Positions 1 to 9,987 of a stretch of 58,348 bases of DNA are shown here, piece after piece. Under the pieces are notes generated by a model, which saw only the letters and a list, made by a program, of their open reading frames with translations, was not told where the DNA came from and searched no databases. The translations under genes were made by a program, and so were the position numbers. Origin of the DNA: a virus. Its lineage: Duplodnaviria; Caudoviricetes. The number at the start of each line of letters is the position of its first letter. The first letter of the stretch is position 1. The stretch spans positions 1-58,348 of the IMG/VR virus record IMGVR_UViG_3300044641_001300, one strand, 5' to 3'.

Positions 1-20
1 TCCCCACCCGTCTGAATTAT
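1..20. repeat. Terminal overlap, identical to 58329-58348 (circular assembly overlap)
   Basis: tccccacccgtctgaattat at both ends; a minus-strand ORF reads in frame across the join. Confidence 0.95.
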
Positions 21-348
21 CGGCTTGGAAAGAAACATAGGTGTTCGTATCTTTTGTAACTGTGAGGGCGCTAGTTCGGTAAGCAACTGGGGCAAGAGTT
101 CTATCTGCGCCAGCAACCATTCCAATAGCAAGCAAGTCTGCACCCGAATTTATTAACCATGTTTGGTCATCAGGTTTTGGAGCGTAGTTGCTTAGGTATC
201 GAACTGAAGGCAAGGTATTCGTATCTCCAGCAATTTGAACATCTATGGTTCTATCAGCATTGACTGTGATTACCTTGCCCTGGCGCACTCGCAAGGTTGG
301 GGCAATAATGTCACCCTTGATTTGACTGACTAAATAACTCAAGTCCAT
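1..348 (-). CDS. Tail-tip/spike-like protein, 5' part (continues at 58328 down to 57987)
   Basis: Hand translation MDLSYLVSQIKGDIIAPTLRVRQGKVITVNADRTIDVQIAG...; ATG overlaps the TGA of the upstream gene; OB-fold-like N-terminus; missed by the ORF track because it spans the junction. Confidence 0.7.
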   Translation of the reverse strand, partial: MDLSYLVSQIKGDIIAPTLRVRQGKVITVNADRTIDVQIAGDTNTLPSVRYLSNYAPKPDDQTWLINSGADLLAIGMVAGADRTLAPVAYRTSALTVTKDTNTYVSFQADNSDGWG

Positions 349-1466
349 CAGAATCTCCTACTTCTTCCGATTGCGTTCATTGTGCCAGTTGCCGCTAAAG
401 GGATTGAGATGGCATCCAACATTAGAATTTTATCTACTCCAACTGGCGAGCGCGTAACCTTAACTAAATCAAAAACATCATGGGCAGGGTTTACCAACTG
501 GTCCCATGTAATTTTTTCTGAGGCGCCGATGACTTTCTTTAATTCCGCCGCCGCCGCTTCTTGAGCCTCGCCAACTGTCAAGATTGTAGGAGATGACTTA
601 AAGAGGGGAACTTCTCCGTAGGTCTTTCGGTAGGTAGGTGAACTCGGGTTGTCGTCCCAAGCCTCACCGATAACTCCAATACTTAGATTGGTTCCCTCGC
701 CTGTGTAGATAACTCCGTTATAGGACTCATCGATTGAAAGAGAACGAGCAATCTGAACAAGGACTGAATCGCTTCCATCTGTATAGGTAGCAACCGCGGT
801 TCCCTTATCAGGGTCAGGGATTGGTCTCATGCGAGCAATGCCGTTTTCATCAAAGTACAAATCCATAGACGCGGACTCAGCAATCTTTAGAGCCTCGCGC
901 CAAGGGTCACTTGATTGGTCAAGGGTTGGATATAACAAAGTTGTTACTTGGTTTGTGGCAGGAAAGATAGTTTTAACTTTTGGATAGCGGTACTTGAGAA
1001 TGTTCTCAATGGCTGTTTCTTTTGCCGTACCAGCCTCAATATAAAACTCATGGTTGGTGAACTTAGCCCTAGCCAAAATAAGACTTCTATCTGAGCCTTT
1101 GATTGAAACCTTAACGCCTTGAGCGGATTCGGTTATATCGACGCTCGTAATAATAAATACGCCAAGGGGAACTAATTCCTCTGTTCCGTCAGGGAAAGCA
1201 ATTCCTCGGTAAATCTTTACCTCACGGTTATATGGCAGAAGAATTGAAGAAATGTTATTTGTGGGAACTAAGGTTCCATCTGTATCTACGAACTCCAAAG
1301 TACATTCACGGCGAATTGACCGACGGTTATCAATGGTTACATCTCCGCTTATAGGGGAGGCTGTACTCAAGATGGTTCCGTTAGCCATATCGTAAATCTC
1401 AACTTTGACTGTTGTTGAATGAGATTTCCGAACTGCCTCTTTGAAGTCAGCCGAGACTGGATACAT
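348..1466 (-). CDS. Minor tail / baseplate hub protein (DUF5047-like)
   Basis: 372 aa after the tape-measure block; motifs LLPYNREVKIYRGI..DGTEELVPLGVF and YGEVPLFKSSP typical of actinophage minor tail proteins. Confidence 0.75.
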   Translation of the reverse strand: MYPVSADFKEAVRKSHSTTVKVEIYDMANGTILSTASPISGDVTIDNRRSIRRECTLEFVDTDGTLVPTNNISSILLPYNREVKIYRGIAFPDGTEELVPLGVFIITSVDITESAQGVKVSIKGSDRSLILARAKFTNHEFYIEAGTAKETAIENILKYRYPKVKTIFPATNQVTTLLYPTLDQSSDPWREALKIAESASMDLYFDENGIARMRPIPDPDKGTAVATYTDGSDSVLVQIARSLSIDESYNGVIYTGEGTNLSIGVIGEAWDDNPSSPTYRKTYGEVPLFKSSPTILTVGEAQEAAAAELKKVIGASEKITWDQLVNPAHDVFDLVKVTRSPVGVDKILMLDAISIPLAATGTMNAIGRSRRF

Positions 1467-1891
1467 TACGGCGCTCCGACCTCGAAGTAAGTAACCTTAA
1501 CTCTACGAACTAGAGAGTTAATGTTTCCTGATTCCACCCAGTTTCTATCTACAAAGCGAACATACTTTTGGCGACCTAGAGGGTCATGGACATGAAGTGT
1601 TCCTTGATAAGTTAGGACTGGATATAACGCATCCCACTCGGTCTTGCCAGTAGTAACAAACTCATAAGTGCCATCAACTCCATAAATGGATTGAGACACA
1701 ATTACAGTCTTAGACGCGCCAAGGGGTTTGAATACTCCATACGCCTCAACAATGGTTGAGTTCAAAGGTTGTAAAACTTTGATACCAACAACTTTGACAG
1801 TTGGCTTTTGTGGTGCAGTAAATGACCAAGTTTCAGGATTGGTAATTTGAATTGGTACGGTAGTTGTATACCCCGAGGAGATTGTTGCCAT
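1466..1891 (-). CDS. Minor tail protein (distal-tail-like)
   Basis: 141 aa, translationally coupled, in tail-tip position. Confidence 0.55.
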   Translation of the reverse strand: MATISSGYTTTVPIQITNPETWSFTAPQKPTVKVVGIKVLQPLNSTIVEAYGVFKPLGASKTVIVSQSIYGVDGTYEFVTTGKTEWDALYPVLTYQGTLHVHDPLGRQKYVRFVDRNWVESGNINSLVRRVKVTYFEVGAP

Positions 1892-3459
1892 TAGATGTCA
1901 GCCCTCGCTTTCGCACGATAAGTAACGGTTTTATCAAGAGGAACTTCATAATCATTAAGTTCAGCAATCTGTGTAGCGGTAGCGGTTACTGGACTATTTC
2001 TGATTGCTGTATATGTAATCGCATCATCGGAGCGCTCAATATCAAAGACGAAAGAACTGAAGCCGCCGCGGGTAAAGACTGCCTCATCTCCAGCATGGAA
2101 AGCAATCTTGTCTACATAATGAACTCCGCCTGAACTTGCGCTTACTATCTTAACAAATACTTGAGCGTGTGTTGCAGTAGGTGGAGCCAATACTGTCGCA
2201 CTCGCAGTAACAAAGGCTGAACTCGTTGCGCTAACTGCTGTTCCAAAAGTTGTACTGATTGTTGTACCAGTTGTTGTTAGGTATCGAATACCAACTTGGC
2301 ATGAACGAGTAGTGCTACCTGCCCTGAAATCGGCGATGGCTGAAAACTCTTGGTTTGCTGTTACTAAAAACTTTGTTCCAATAGTAGTTGATGCAACTGC
2401 ATCACCAGCGGCACTAGCAGTTACTTCTAAAGAAGCGCTACCGATTGATGCTTGAGCGGTTGAGCGAGCAATCGCGCAGTTAGTTGTTGCTTCCCATCCC
2501 GTTGTGTTTGTTTCGAGGGATGCTTGGTTTGGGGATAAAACATTAGTTCTTCCGAATACAGTTACAGTTACAGCCCCCTCAGTAGAATCATAAAACGCAG
2601 TAATCAAAGGCGTTGCTGGAGCATCAACATCAATAGTGAACTGACTGTAAGCCCAGTCGCTAAAGTAGTTTGAGCCATTAACTAACTGAGCAACTCGAAC
2701 ATAAGCGCGATAGGTTGTTCCGTCTGCTAAGTCTGCTTCAAGAGTTTGACCATTATTGCTTGATGTAACAATGCCAGTTGTTACCGTTGGCGTTGATGTA
2801 TCCTCGTCAAAACTTGCGCCACCGTAAGTTACGGAGTCAAAGACTTTAATCTCATAAGCGTTTTGTGGGTCTCCATCTGCGTCTGCATAAGTCCAAACAA
2901 CTGATGGGAATGTTGTATCTGTAATTGTGCTAGTAGGAGCAGTCACGGTAACTGTTGGTTGAGTAGTTGTAACTACATCGATAAACAACTCATAGAGACC
3001 AGCACGGTCAGCGCTTAGTATTGCGTTATCAGCAAACTTAACTACAAGATTATCAATTAGGGTTTGAGTCCACGCCTCACCATTAGGGGCTGTTGTAAGT
3101 TTGAGAGCAGTATCAAGGGTAGTCAAAGCAAGAGTGTTTGCTTTCGAGAAAGGAACTGAGTAACTCACGGTACGACCATTTCGGTCTGTGATAACTCCAA
3201 GGCTCAACTCAATAGAACCTGTTGTTCCAATAGTTGCTTTCGCCCGAAGATTGACATAGGCAACCCTCTCGGTAGCCGCCAAAGTTTGTGTGCCGAACTC
3301 GGCTTCGTAGGAGGCTGGAACTGTTGTACTGGTACGGGTTATGAAAGTTGAATCGCTGTCATCAGCAAGCGCCGCATGAACTGAAGCCGAACCGCCTGAG
3401 ATAGTAAAAGCCGAGGCGTTGTTCCAGTTTGCGTTAGGGCGAAGTACATAAGTAGCCAT
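1891..3459 (-). CDS. Minor tail protein with Ig/FN3-like and carbohydrate-binding-like beta domains
   Basis: 522 aa, Thr/Ala-rich, DADGDPQ..YEIKV and NQASLETNTTGW motifs, directly after the tape measure. Confidence 0.65.
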   Translation of the reverse strand: MATYVLRPNANWNNASAFTISGGSASVHAALADDSDSTFITRTSTTVPASYEAEFGTQTLAATERVAYVNLRAKATIGTTGSIELSLGVITDRNGRTVSYSVPFSKANTLALTTLDTALKLTTAPNGEAWTQTLIDNLVVKFADNAILSADRAGLYELFIDVVTTTQPTVTVTAPTSTITDTTFPSVVWTYADADGDPQNAYEIKVFDSVTYGGASFDEDTSTPTVTTGIVTSSNNGQTLEADLADGTTYRAYVRVAQLVNGSNYFSDWAYSQFTIDVDAPATPLITAFYDSTEGAVTVTVFGRTNVLSPNQASLETNTTGWEATTNCAIARSTAQASIGSASLEVTASAAGDAVASTTIGTKFLVTANQEFSAIADFRAGSTTRSCQVGIRYLTTTGTTISTTFGTAVSATSSAFVTASATVLAPPTATHAQVFVKIVSASSGGVHYVDKIAFHAGDEAVFTRGGFSSFVFDIERSDDAITYTAIRNSPVTATATQIAELNDYEVPLDKTVTYRAKARADI

Positions 3460-6400
3460 TATTTGTTAGCCAACTCCTTTGCCAATATAGCGAATGTTTC
3501 TTGAATTCGTTGGGTAATGATGTCACCCTTTTCATCAATGTCTTTTGCTCCAGTTGTATCGACATTCACAACAAAAGCGCCTTGTTCAATAACAATGTTG
3601 TTTCCGCTGACGCCGCTGATTCGTGCTTGCTCATCGACAACCTTAGCGATACCTAATTGAGCATTAGCAATCTGTTGCCCGAACGCCGCTTCAGAACCGA
3701 ACTTACCAATCGAGGCACCAGTAAAACCAATCTGCTTTTGAAGTTCATTGATTTGACTAATAGCATCGGCACCGCCACCAAGAATTGACGCCGCAAGTTG
3801 AGCGCCCTTGATTGGTCCTGATTCAACTAAATCTTTAATAGCACCTGCATCAAGACCCAAGCCCTGAAGTGTAAGAATTTGGTTTGCAAACTGATTGCTC
3901 TTATCCAAACGCATCCGCATATTTTCAATAAGGGACTTAGCCTTTGGAATAAACCCATCAGGTAACTCAACTCCCTTAAGACCAGCAAAACTTAGGATGG
4001 TGTCTTTAAGTGAATCAGCAAACTGTTTAGCCGCATCTTGTAAATCTGTAAGCACATCACGCATTGACTCAATACCAGCGGTCATTGCATCACGAATTTT
4101 CTTCATCAAGTCCGCTGAGTTTTGAAGTTCGTTAAGGGTGGCATCATCTTCGCCGTTCATACCCTCTAAAGCCTTGGCTCGCTTTCTTTCCTCTTCAAGC
4201 ACATCGCCAAAACCTAAGCCTTTTTTAAGCATTTCTCCAAGGTCACCAAAGGCATCAGTTACTTTCCCAAGGACATTGCCAGTAGTGAATGACTTAACTG
4301 CTGAGGCAAAGCCAAGAATTGTTTCTCCAGCCTTAAGGCTAAGTGAACTTAGGTTCTCAACTAAGAACTTACCGACCTCAACATCTTTGAGACCTTCCAT
4401 AACATTAACTAATTTTTCAAGTTGAGGAATAGCAAAATCAACTACCTTCTCAACCATGTCCCCAAGGATGTCGCCTACTTCAAACTGCTTGAGTTCATAA
4501 ACAAATGAACCAACCTTGCTGACCGCCCCGCCAATAATTTTAGAAGCGTCGGAAAGTAACTGAACTAACTCAGTTCCTAATTTAATATCGCCAGCCTCAA
4601 TAATTGTTTCGCCAGCCATCTTAGCGAAACCACCCACTTTTGTTAAGGCATCAGAAACGGATTGAACTAAAGCCTCAGCAATAGGAACCTTGGTGACAGC
4701 AAGAATTGTGTCACCAATCTTCTTGGAAGTGTCTCCAATTTTTTTCAACCCGCCTGAAACAAAATTAACTAAATCAGTTCCAAATTCTTTTTCGCTTAAA
4801 GTGCTTGCAGTTTTTGAAACCCCGACTAAAGTGCTTTGGAAAACTTTTACTTTTGCTATAACTTCGTCAAGTGCCTTATCGCTTATTACTTGTTTTGTTG
4901 CGTTAGTAATACTTGTAGCAAAATTACGGATTGGCTTTGCTAGGTTGTTGAAAGTTTCTCCAACTGACTCGCCCATAGTTGTAAATTTTTCAGAGAGACT
5001 ATCTAACGGTCCTGCGAGCGCTCTTGTTAAGATACTGCTCCGCGCCGCGTTTGCCGCATCCTTAAAAAATGTAGCAATTTTTTCAGAAGCGGCTTTAACA
5101 AAAGAACCAATTTTTTCTAAAATAGAGGCTAGTGAATTTGGAATGAGAGCAAGGGCTTTTCCAACTCCCTCAGCAAAATTGTTAAACAAACCGATTGCTA
5201 TATTAAGACTTTCGCGGTTACCTTTAACCCAGTCAATTAGAGCGCCTATTATTTTTGCCAAGAATCCTGATACCTTGCTTACAAGATTGAAATAAACTTC
5301 GGCAATAAAGTTGATGACTTTGGATATGCCCTTACCAACAAATGAATTGGCATCAAGCAACTCACCAAGGAAACCAATAAAAATTCCAATATATTTGAAG
5401 ATGCCGCCAAATACTGTGGCAAAGGCATCAATCAAGAAGTCAAGAACCTTGGCGATTAAATCACCTACGATGTTGTTTGTATCAAGAAGGTTACCTAGGA
5501 ACTCAATAAACATTCCGATGTACTTGATGATTCCACCGATAACCGTAGCGAAGGCTTTCCATAGGAAATCAAGAATCATTCCAATAATCTTGCCTACTGT
5601 TCCGTGAGTATCAAGCAACATTCCAAGACCCTCTAGGAAGAAGCCGATGAACTTAAGGATGCCACCGACAACCACGGCAAAGGCTTTGAACACAAAGTTG
5701 AGGACTGCTCGAACTACTTTGCCAAAGGCTGTCTGTCCGCTGGTTACATATTTCAAGGCGCTGAGTAACATAATAAGAGTTTTGACTACGCCCGTGATTG
5801 CTGTAAGTGTGGCTGTATAAATAAACTGAAATACAGAAATCATGGTCTGACCAAAAGATGTTGCTGGGGACATTGTTGTGCCGAAAGCAATAAGCAAGTT
5901 GCCGAGTCCTGTCATAATCCAAGCCAAGGCAGAACCAACTACTTGAGCAACTGAATTAAATACATTTGTAAATACTTCTCGGAATGTTTCGCTGTTCTTC
6001 CACGCGTAGACAAACGCCGCAACAAGGGCGGCGATAGCGACTACATACAAAAAGATTGTGCTTTTCAAAATAAGCATGGCTTTATTAAGAGCATTTACCC
6101 CGTTCTTTTTAAGAAGTGTAGCCGCGGCGGCAAGTTTTGTTTGAATTATGTAAGCCATAACACCAAGAGTTACTGCGCCTAAAGCGGTGGCTACAACATA
6201 AAGAATAGTTTTATGGTCTCTAAAAAATTTAGTTGCTCTCTCAACAAGGGCGGCAACTCCAGTAATCGCCTTAGCAAAAATCATTACTGCTACTGCCATT
6301 ACCTTACTAAATACATCGCCGATATTTTTAGCCACATCTAACAAAGGTCTAAGCGCTGTAAGCAAGCGCACCATTGCAGTTTGAACTTGAGTTGAGGTCA

Positions 6401-7499
6401 TAGCCATGGCTACAAATGCCGCCGCAATCGGATTTATTCTTTGGAGAAGTTGTCCAAAGATAGGCACATTTTGGAATACAGCCTTACCAGCCTTGGTTGC
6501 AAAGTATGTTCCAAATGCCGCTATGACGGGAAGAATCATTTCAAATTTACCAGCAAGGTCCTCTACTTTAGTACCAGTCAAATCCATGCCGTCAATAAAC
6601 TCTGTAAATTTATCTACAACAGTAGAGATAGGGGTTGTAAGTTTTACTAATACTTTTCCAATAGCCTCGACTACTTTTTCTAATTTTCCCCCTGAGCCAA
6701 CGGCTCTAACGATTGCCGCTTGAAAACCGTATGCTGATTTAATAATTGGGCTAAAACCTTTAAGAAGCGCACCGCCCATGGTTACTTGTAATTCTTTATT
6801 TAGTTGGCTAAATTCCTCAACTAATTTTGCTGGTGATGTTAAAGATAAAGCAAAAGCACCCGCCGCTTTACTTCCTTCTTTAAGTACAAGATTCATAACC
6901 GCTTGACGGCGTTCACCCATAGTCAAATCTTTAGCCGCTTTTCCTATTGAACTGGCATATCGTCCATAGGCTGTACCTGCGTCTGTTGTAATACCAACTT
7001 GACGCAAAATTCTTGTGTTACCAGTTGTTATAGCCATGGTTAAAGAACTAAGCGCTTCTTCACCACTCATTGAAGATGCTACTGATAAATCTTGAGCGAC
7101 CCTAGCAATATCAGCAGATTTAGATAAATCTATATTTGATTGAGCAAACTTTAATGTTGTCTTTTGTGCTTGAGCCGCTTGGATGCCGACTGTTCGCATT
7201 GAATCAGATGCTTGCTTTAGAGCGTCATAACCTTTACCGCTGGACGCTCCAACCGCTTCAAGTGCTAAATCTAAGCGTTCAACTTCCGCCGCCGCTTTGA
7301 AAGATTTAACTCCAAAAGCAATAAGTCCAGCAATCGCCGCGCCCGAAGCAACGCCGATTGCCGTTAATGAACCTTGTAATTTAGATGAAGCCTGTTGGAA
7401 CTCATTAGCCGATTTAACGGCTTTATCCATACCTTGAGTAAACTGGGCTGAGTCCGCCGATAACCGAGCGCGGACTTCCATGGTTGGTGATTCAGCCAT
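3459..7499 (-). CDS. Tail tape measure protein
   Basis: 1346 aa, Ala/Gly-rich helical with periodic hydrophobic repeats; follows the tail assembly chaperone. Confidence 0.93.
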   Translation of the reverse strand: MAESPTMEVRARLSADSAQFTQGMDKAVKSANEFQQASSKLQGSLTAIGVASGAAIAGLIAFGVKSFKAAAEVERLDLALEAVGASSGKGYDALKQASDSMRTVGIQAAQAQKTTLKFAQSNIDLSKSADIARVAQDLSVASSMSGEEALSSLTMAITTGNTRILRQVGITTDAGTAYGRYASSIGKAAKDLTMGERRQAVMNLVLKEGSKAAGAFALSLTSPAKLVEEFSQLNKELQVTMGGALLKGFSPIIKSAYGFQAAIVRAVGSGGKLEKVVEAIGKVLVKLTTPISTVVDKFTEFIDGMDLTGTKVEDLAGKFEMILPVIAAFGTYFATKAGKAVFQNVPIFGQLLQRINPIAAAFVAMAMTSTQVQTAMVRLLTALRPLLDVAKNIGDVFSKVMAVAVMIFAKAITGVAALVERATKFFRDHKTILYVVATALGAVTLGVMAYIIQTKLAAAATLLKKNGVNALNKAMLILKSTIFLYVVAIAALVAAFVYAWKNSETFREVFTNVFNSVAQVVGSALAWIMTGLGNLLIAFGTTMSPATSFGQTMISVFQFIYTATLTAITGVVKTLIMLLSALKYVTSGQTAFGKVVRAVLNFVFKAFAVVVGGILKFIGFFLEGLGMLLDTHGTVGKIIGMILDFLWKAFATVIGGIIKYIGMFIEFLGNLLDTNNIVGDLIAKVLDFLIDAFATVFGGIFKYIGIFIGFLGELLDANSFVGKGISKVINFIAEVYFNLVSKVSGFLAKIIGALIDWVKGNRESLNIAIGLFNNFAEGVGKALALIPNSLASILEKIGSFVKAASEKIATFFKDAANAARSSILTRALAGPLDSLSEKFTTMGESVGETFNNLAKPIRNFATSITNATKQVISDKALDEVIAKVKVFQSTLVGVSKTASTLSEKEFGTDLVNFVSGGLKKIGDTSKKIGDTILAVTKVPIAEALVQSVSDALTKVGGFAKMAGETIIEAGDIKLGTELVQLLSDASKIIGGAVSKVGSFVYELKQFEVGDILGDMVEKVVDFAIPQLEKLVNVMEGLKDVEVGKFLVENLSSLSLKAGETILGFASAVKSFTTGNVLGKVTDAFGDLGEMLKKGLGFGDVLEEERKRAKALEGMNGEDDATLNELQNSADLMKKIRDAMTAGIESMRDVLTDLQDAAKQFADSLKDTILSFAGLKGVELPDGFIPKAKSLIENMRMRLDKSNQFANQILTLQGLGLDAGAIKDLVESGPIKGAQLAASILGGGADAISQINELQKQIGFTGASIGKFGSEAAFGQQIANAQLGIAKVVDEQARISGVSGNNIVIEQGAFVVNVDTTGAKDIDEKGDIITQRIQETFAILAKELANK

Positions 7500-7694
7500 T
7501 TATCTCCTAGCCTTCGCTCTTCTCTCGGCTTTCTCGCGCTCTTTTTCTTTAAGAAGGTAGAACGCGTTCCACTCAGTCAATTCCATACTGCTAAGTGGGC
7601 GGTGGGATTCACTTCCGTAAAGAAGTTCTCCCACCGTCCGACCTAACTTTTCTGCTAGTTCAAAAAGAAACCGTCTTTCAGGATTCTTGAGGAA
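7500..7694 (-). CDS. Tail assembly chaperone, frameshift extension (gpT-like)
   Basis: Open frame FLKNPERRFLFELAEKLGRTVGELLYG...ELTEWNAFY..., no convincing start at its 5' end, overlaps the 3' end of 7678-8040 in the +1 frame. Confidence 0.75.
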   Translation of the reverse strand, partial: FLKNPERRFLFELAEKLGRTVGELLYGSESHRPLSSMELTEWNAFYLLKEKEREKAERRAKARR

Positions 7695-8040
7695 ATCGTG
7701 CCTGTGATTCTTCTACCGCCTTTTCGCCAAGACCTGAACTGCCAAGAGCCTTTGTTGCCAAACGCTCAATGACTGCGCCATTCTTTGAAAGAATCGCTTC
7801 ACGGTCTTGCTCGGTAAAGACTGGTAGACCCGTTTCAGGGTCAAACACAGTTGCGATAACAGTCTTTGCGTACATATTAGAAACATCTACCTTATCTGCC
7901 GAGGTTGCCCCCTCAGTAAGTGTTGCTCTTTGTCCTGCTGTCATAGAACGAATTTCTACTGAAACTCCCCATTCAGGGACTACCAATAATTCCTTCGTAA
8001 TATCGTCAGCCGAAAATATCTTTCCGCGTAAATCTGCCAT
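7678..8040 (-). CDS. Tail assembly chaperone (gpG-like)
   Basis: 120 aa between tail tube and tape measure; VPEWG..V.IRSMT motif. Confidence 0.85.
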   Translation of the reverse strand: MADLRGKIFSADDITKELLVVPEWGVSVEIRSMTAGQRATLTEGATSADKVDVSNMYAKTVIATVFDPETGLPVFTEQDREAILSKNGAVIERLATKALGSSGLGEKAVEESQARFPQES

Positions 8041-8105
8041 TTTGTTCTCCTTGGGACACTAGGTTGGTCACGATAAATTATTAAGTTTTTTTGAATCAAT
8101 TCCTA

Positions 8106-8522
8106 TTATGAATAGGTACCGCGAGTAATAGCACCTGTTACTTGGAACTCTGCTGAGTATGACACTACATCTCCGATAGCACCACTCTTCTCGTAAGAAG
8201 TCATTAGTGCCTCTCCTGTGTACTTGACAAACCCTGCTGTTGAACCTTCAGGACCGTACTCGAATGAAACTGACGCTGACTGACCAAGAATTCCAGCCAA
8301 GTGAGCATCAACTGTTGCATCAAAGTTTCCTGAAACGCTAAGTGATGAATCTGTTAGACCGACTACATAAGACTTTGCTGATGAACCAAAAGTGCTGGTC
8401 TCGGCTGTGTCTACTGTTTGTGGGAATCCAACATCTGTTAGTGTGTTTGAAATATCGGTAAGTGAGCCAGCCGCATTGTCTACCTTGAATACGGTGGATT
8501 TACCATGACGAAATGTAGGCAT
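8106..8522 (-). CDS. Major tail tube protein
   Basis: 138 aa; DTAETSTFG..KSYVVGL.D.S.SVSG motif; position before the chaperone. Confidence 0.85.
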   Translation of the reverse strand: MPTFRHGKSTVFKVDNAAGSLTDISNTLTDVGFPQTVDTAETSTFGSSAKSYVVGLTDSSLSVSGNFDATVDAHLAGILGQSASVSFEYGPEGSTAGFVKYTGEALMTSYEKSGAIGDVVSYSAEFQVTGAITRGTYS

Positions 8523-8527
8523 TTTTT

Positions 8528-9259
8528 TTACCTCCTAGTAAAAGCCACCACAGGGGTAGCCGAGCCTGACGAACCTGCAACCGTGTAGTTCACGCGTAGG
8601 TATCTGTTTACTGTTGTACCGCTTGCAACCTCGACTCTTTGTGAAGTCTTAGTTGTACTGCTCACCACGGTAAAAGTAATCAAGTCAGCAAAAGTTGAAT
8701 TATCTGCTGAGTGTTGAATCTTTACTGTGATGTTTCCGTTACGGGTATTTACTGGAACTGACAAGAATCCCGCTCCGCCATTTAAGGAAGAAGTGGTGTT
8801 ATCTACGCCTGTTCCATTTCCAGTCGCAGTTACAGTCGAACCTGAAGAAAGAATCTTCCCGTGTTCTACGGCATCTGTTGATTGGAATTCTGCGCTTGCT
8901 TGGACAATATCCGCGATGGCACTTGAGACCTCGTAGGATGTATCGTCTGCTTGTAACAAGATTGCTCCAGCGCCATTTGAATGACCTTCAGGAGCAACGA
9001 TTACTTTAATTTTTGTGGCTGAACCAAGAGCAGTTGCAAAGAATTGGTCAGTACCAACTGATTCTGTTGCTTCGAACATACCTGATAGCGAGACTGTTCC
9101 ATCTCGATGACCTACAACATAGGACTTTGCGGATGTACCGAAGGCACTTGTCTCGGCGGTATCAATACTTGTTGAAGCGCTGACACTATTGAAATAGGTT
9201 GAAAAGTCATATTCATCTAAAAAGACATTGACATTTTTACCGTGGCGGAATGTAGGCAT
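8528..9259 (-). CDS. Tail tube paralogue with extra C-terminal beta domain
   Basis: Same MPTFRHGK start and DTAETS.FG.SAKSYVVG motif as 8106-8522, plus ~110 extra residues. Confidence 0.75.
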   Translation of the reverse strand: MPTFRHGKNVNVFLDEYDFSTYFNSVSASTSIDTAETSAFGTSAKSYVVGHRDGTVSLSGMFEATESVGTDQFFATALGSATKIKVIVAPEGHSNGAGAILLQADDTSYEVSSAIADIVQASAEFQSTDAVEHGKILSSGSTVTATGNGTGVDNTTSSLNGGAGFLSVPVNTRNGNITVKIQHSADNSTFADLITFTVVSSTTKTSQRVEVASGTTVNRYLRVNYTVAGSSGSATPVVAFTRR

Positions 9260-9570
9260 TATTTCTCCTCAACTGGGCGTTGATGTGGGGTGCCGTCTTG
9301 AACAAAACCATCGCCATCGCCATCTTCGGCATCGGCATCAAAACCTTCTTCAACAGCAGGTTCTACTACAACCTCTGCAACGGGTTCAACTTTAGGTTCT
9401 TCAACAACAGACTTTTCGATTTTCTTTGCTGGCTTATCTGTATCTTCAATGATTTCTGAATCTAAAAGCCACTTGACTGATTGTGCTGGAATATCCTCAA
9501 CAATATCGCCAACCTCAGCGCGTTTGTTGGGTGGGTAATCAATACCCTGTAAGACTCTATACCGAGCCAT
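9259..9570 (-). CDS. Small acidic virion-associated protein with a DGDGDG..DGT motif
   Basis: 103 aa, strong SD (GGAGG), first gene of the tail-tube operon. Confidence 0.6.
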   Translation of the reverse strand: MARYRVLQGIDYPPNKRAEVGDIVEDIPAQSVKWLLDSEIIEDTDKPAKKIEKSVVEEPKVEPVAEVVVEPAVEEGFDADAEDGDGDGFVQDGTPHQRPVEEK

Positions 9571-9702
9571 TCAAACCTCCTCCGATACGGCACATGGGTA
9601 ACCCAAGTAACCGTCAGGTCACTCGGACACGGAAGAGACGAAAAACTCGGGCGACTAGCGCACAGTATATTTAGTATAGCGTATGCAATTTTTTACTTTT
9701 AG

Positions 9703-9987
9703 TTAAGTATTATCTCTTCTTAAGCGCTCTTCTTGAATCATTCCAAGAGTTAAGAAGTAGCCAATCCCATCCACCACGGTGTCGGGTTTGGTTTGATTGA
9801 TTTCACGGGCAATCTTCATGCCTACCATGCAGAGGCTTACTTGCTCGGCAGAAACCTCACAGCCGAGGATTACAGACCATATCTTTGATGCCCTAGTAAA
9901 GTTATCAAGGGGATGTCCGTACGCGTCCTGACGCTCTCCTGAGACCAACTCAGCGGCATATAAAGCGATGTCCCTTGGGTCGTTCAT
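9703..9987 (-). CDS. DUF6378-like phage protein
   Basis: Start reassigned to MNDPRD (ATGA overlap); A.ELVSGERQDAYGHP.DNF.R..KIWS..L...D..GY motif. Confidence 0.7.
   Translation of the reverse strand: MNDPRDIALYAAELVSGERQDAYGHPLDNFTRASKIWSVILGCEVSAEQVSLCMVGMKIAREINQTKPDTVVDGIGYFLTLGMIQEERLRRDNT

Noticed and set aside
1-20. 20-nt terminal direct repeat as a biological genome end
   Set aside because: It falls in the middle of a gene that reads through the join; best explained as assembler overlap of a circular or permuted genome
3895-6723. Several plus-strand ORFs up to 201 aa
   Set aside because: Antisense shadows of the tape measure gene with no recognisable motifs
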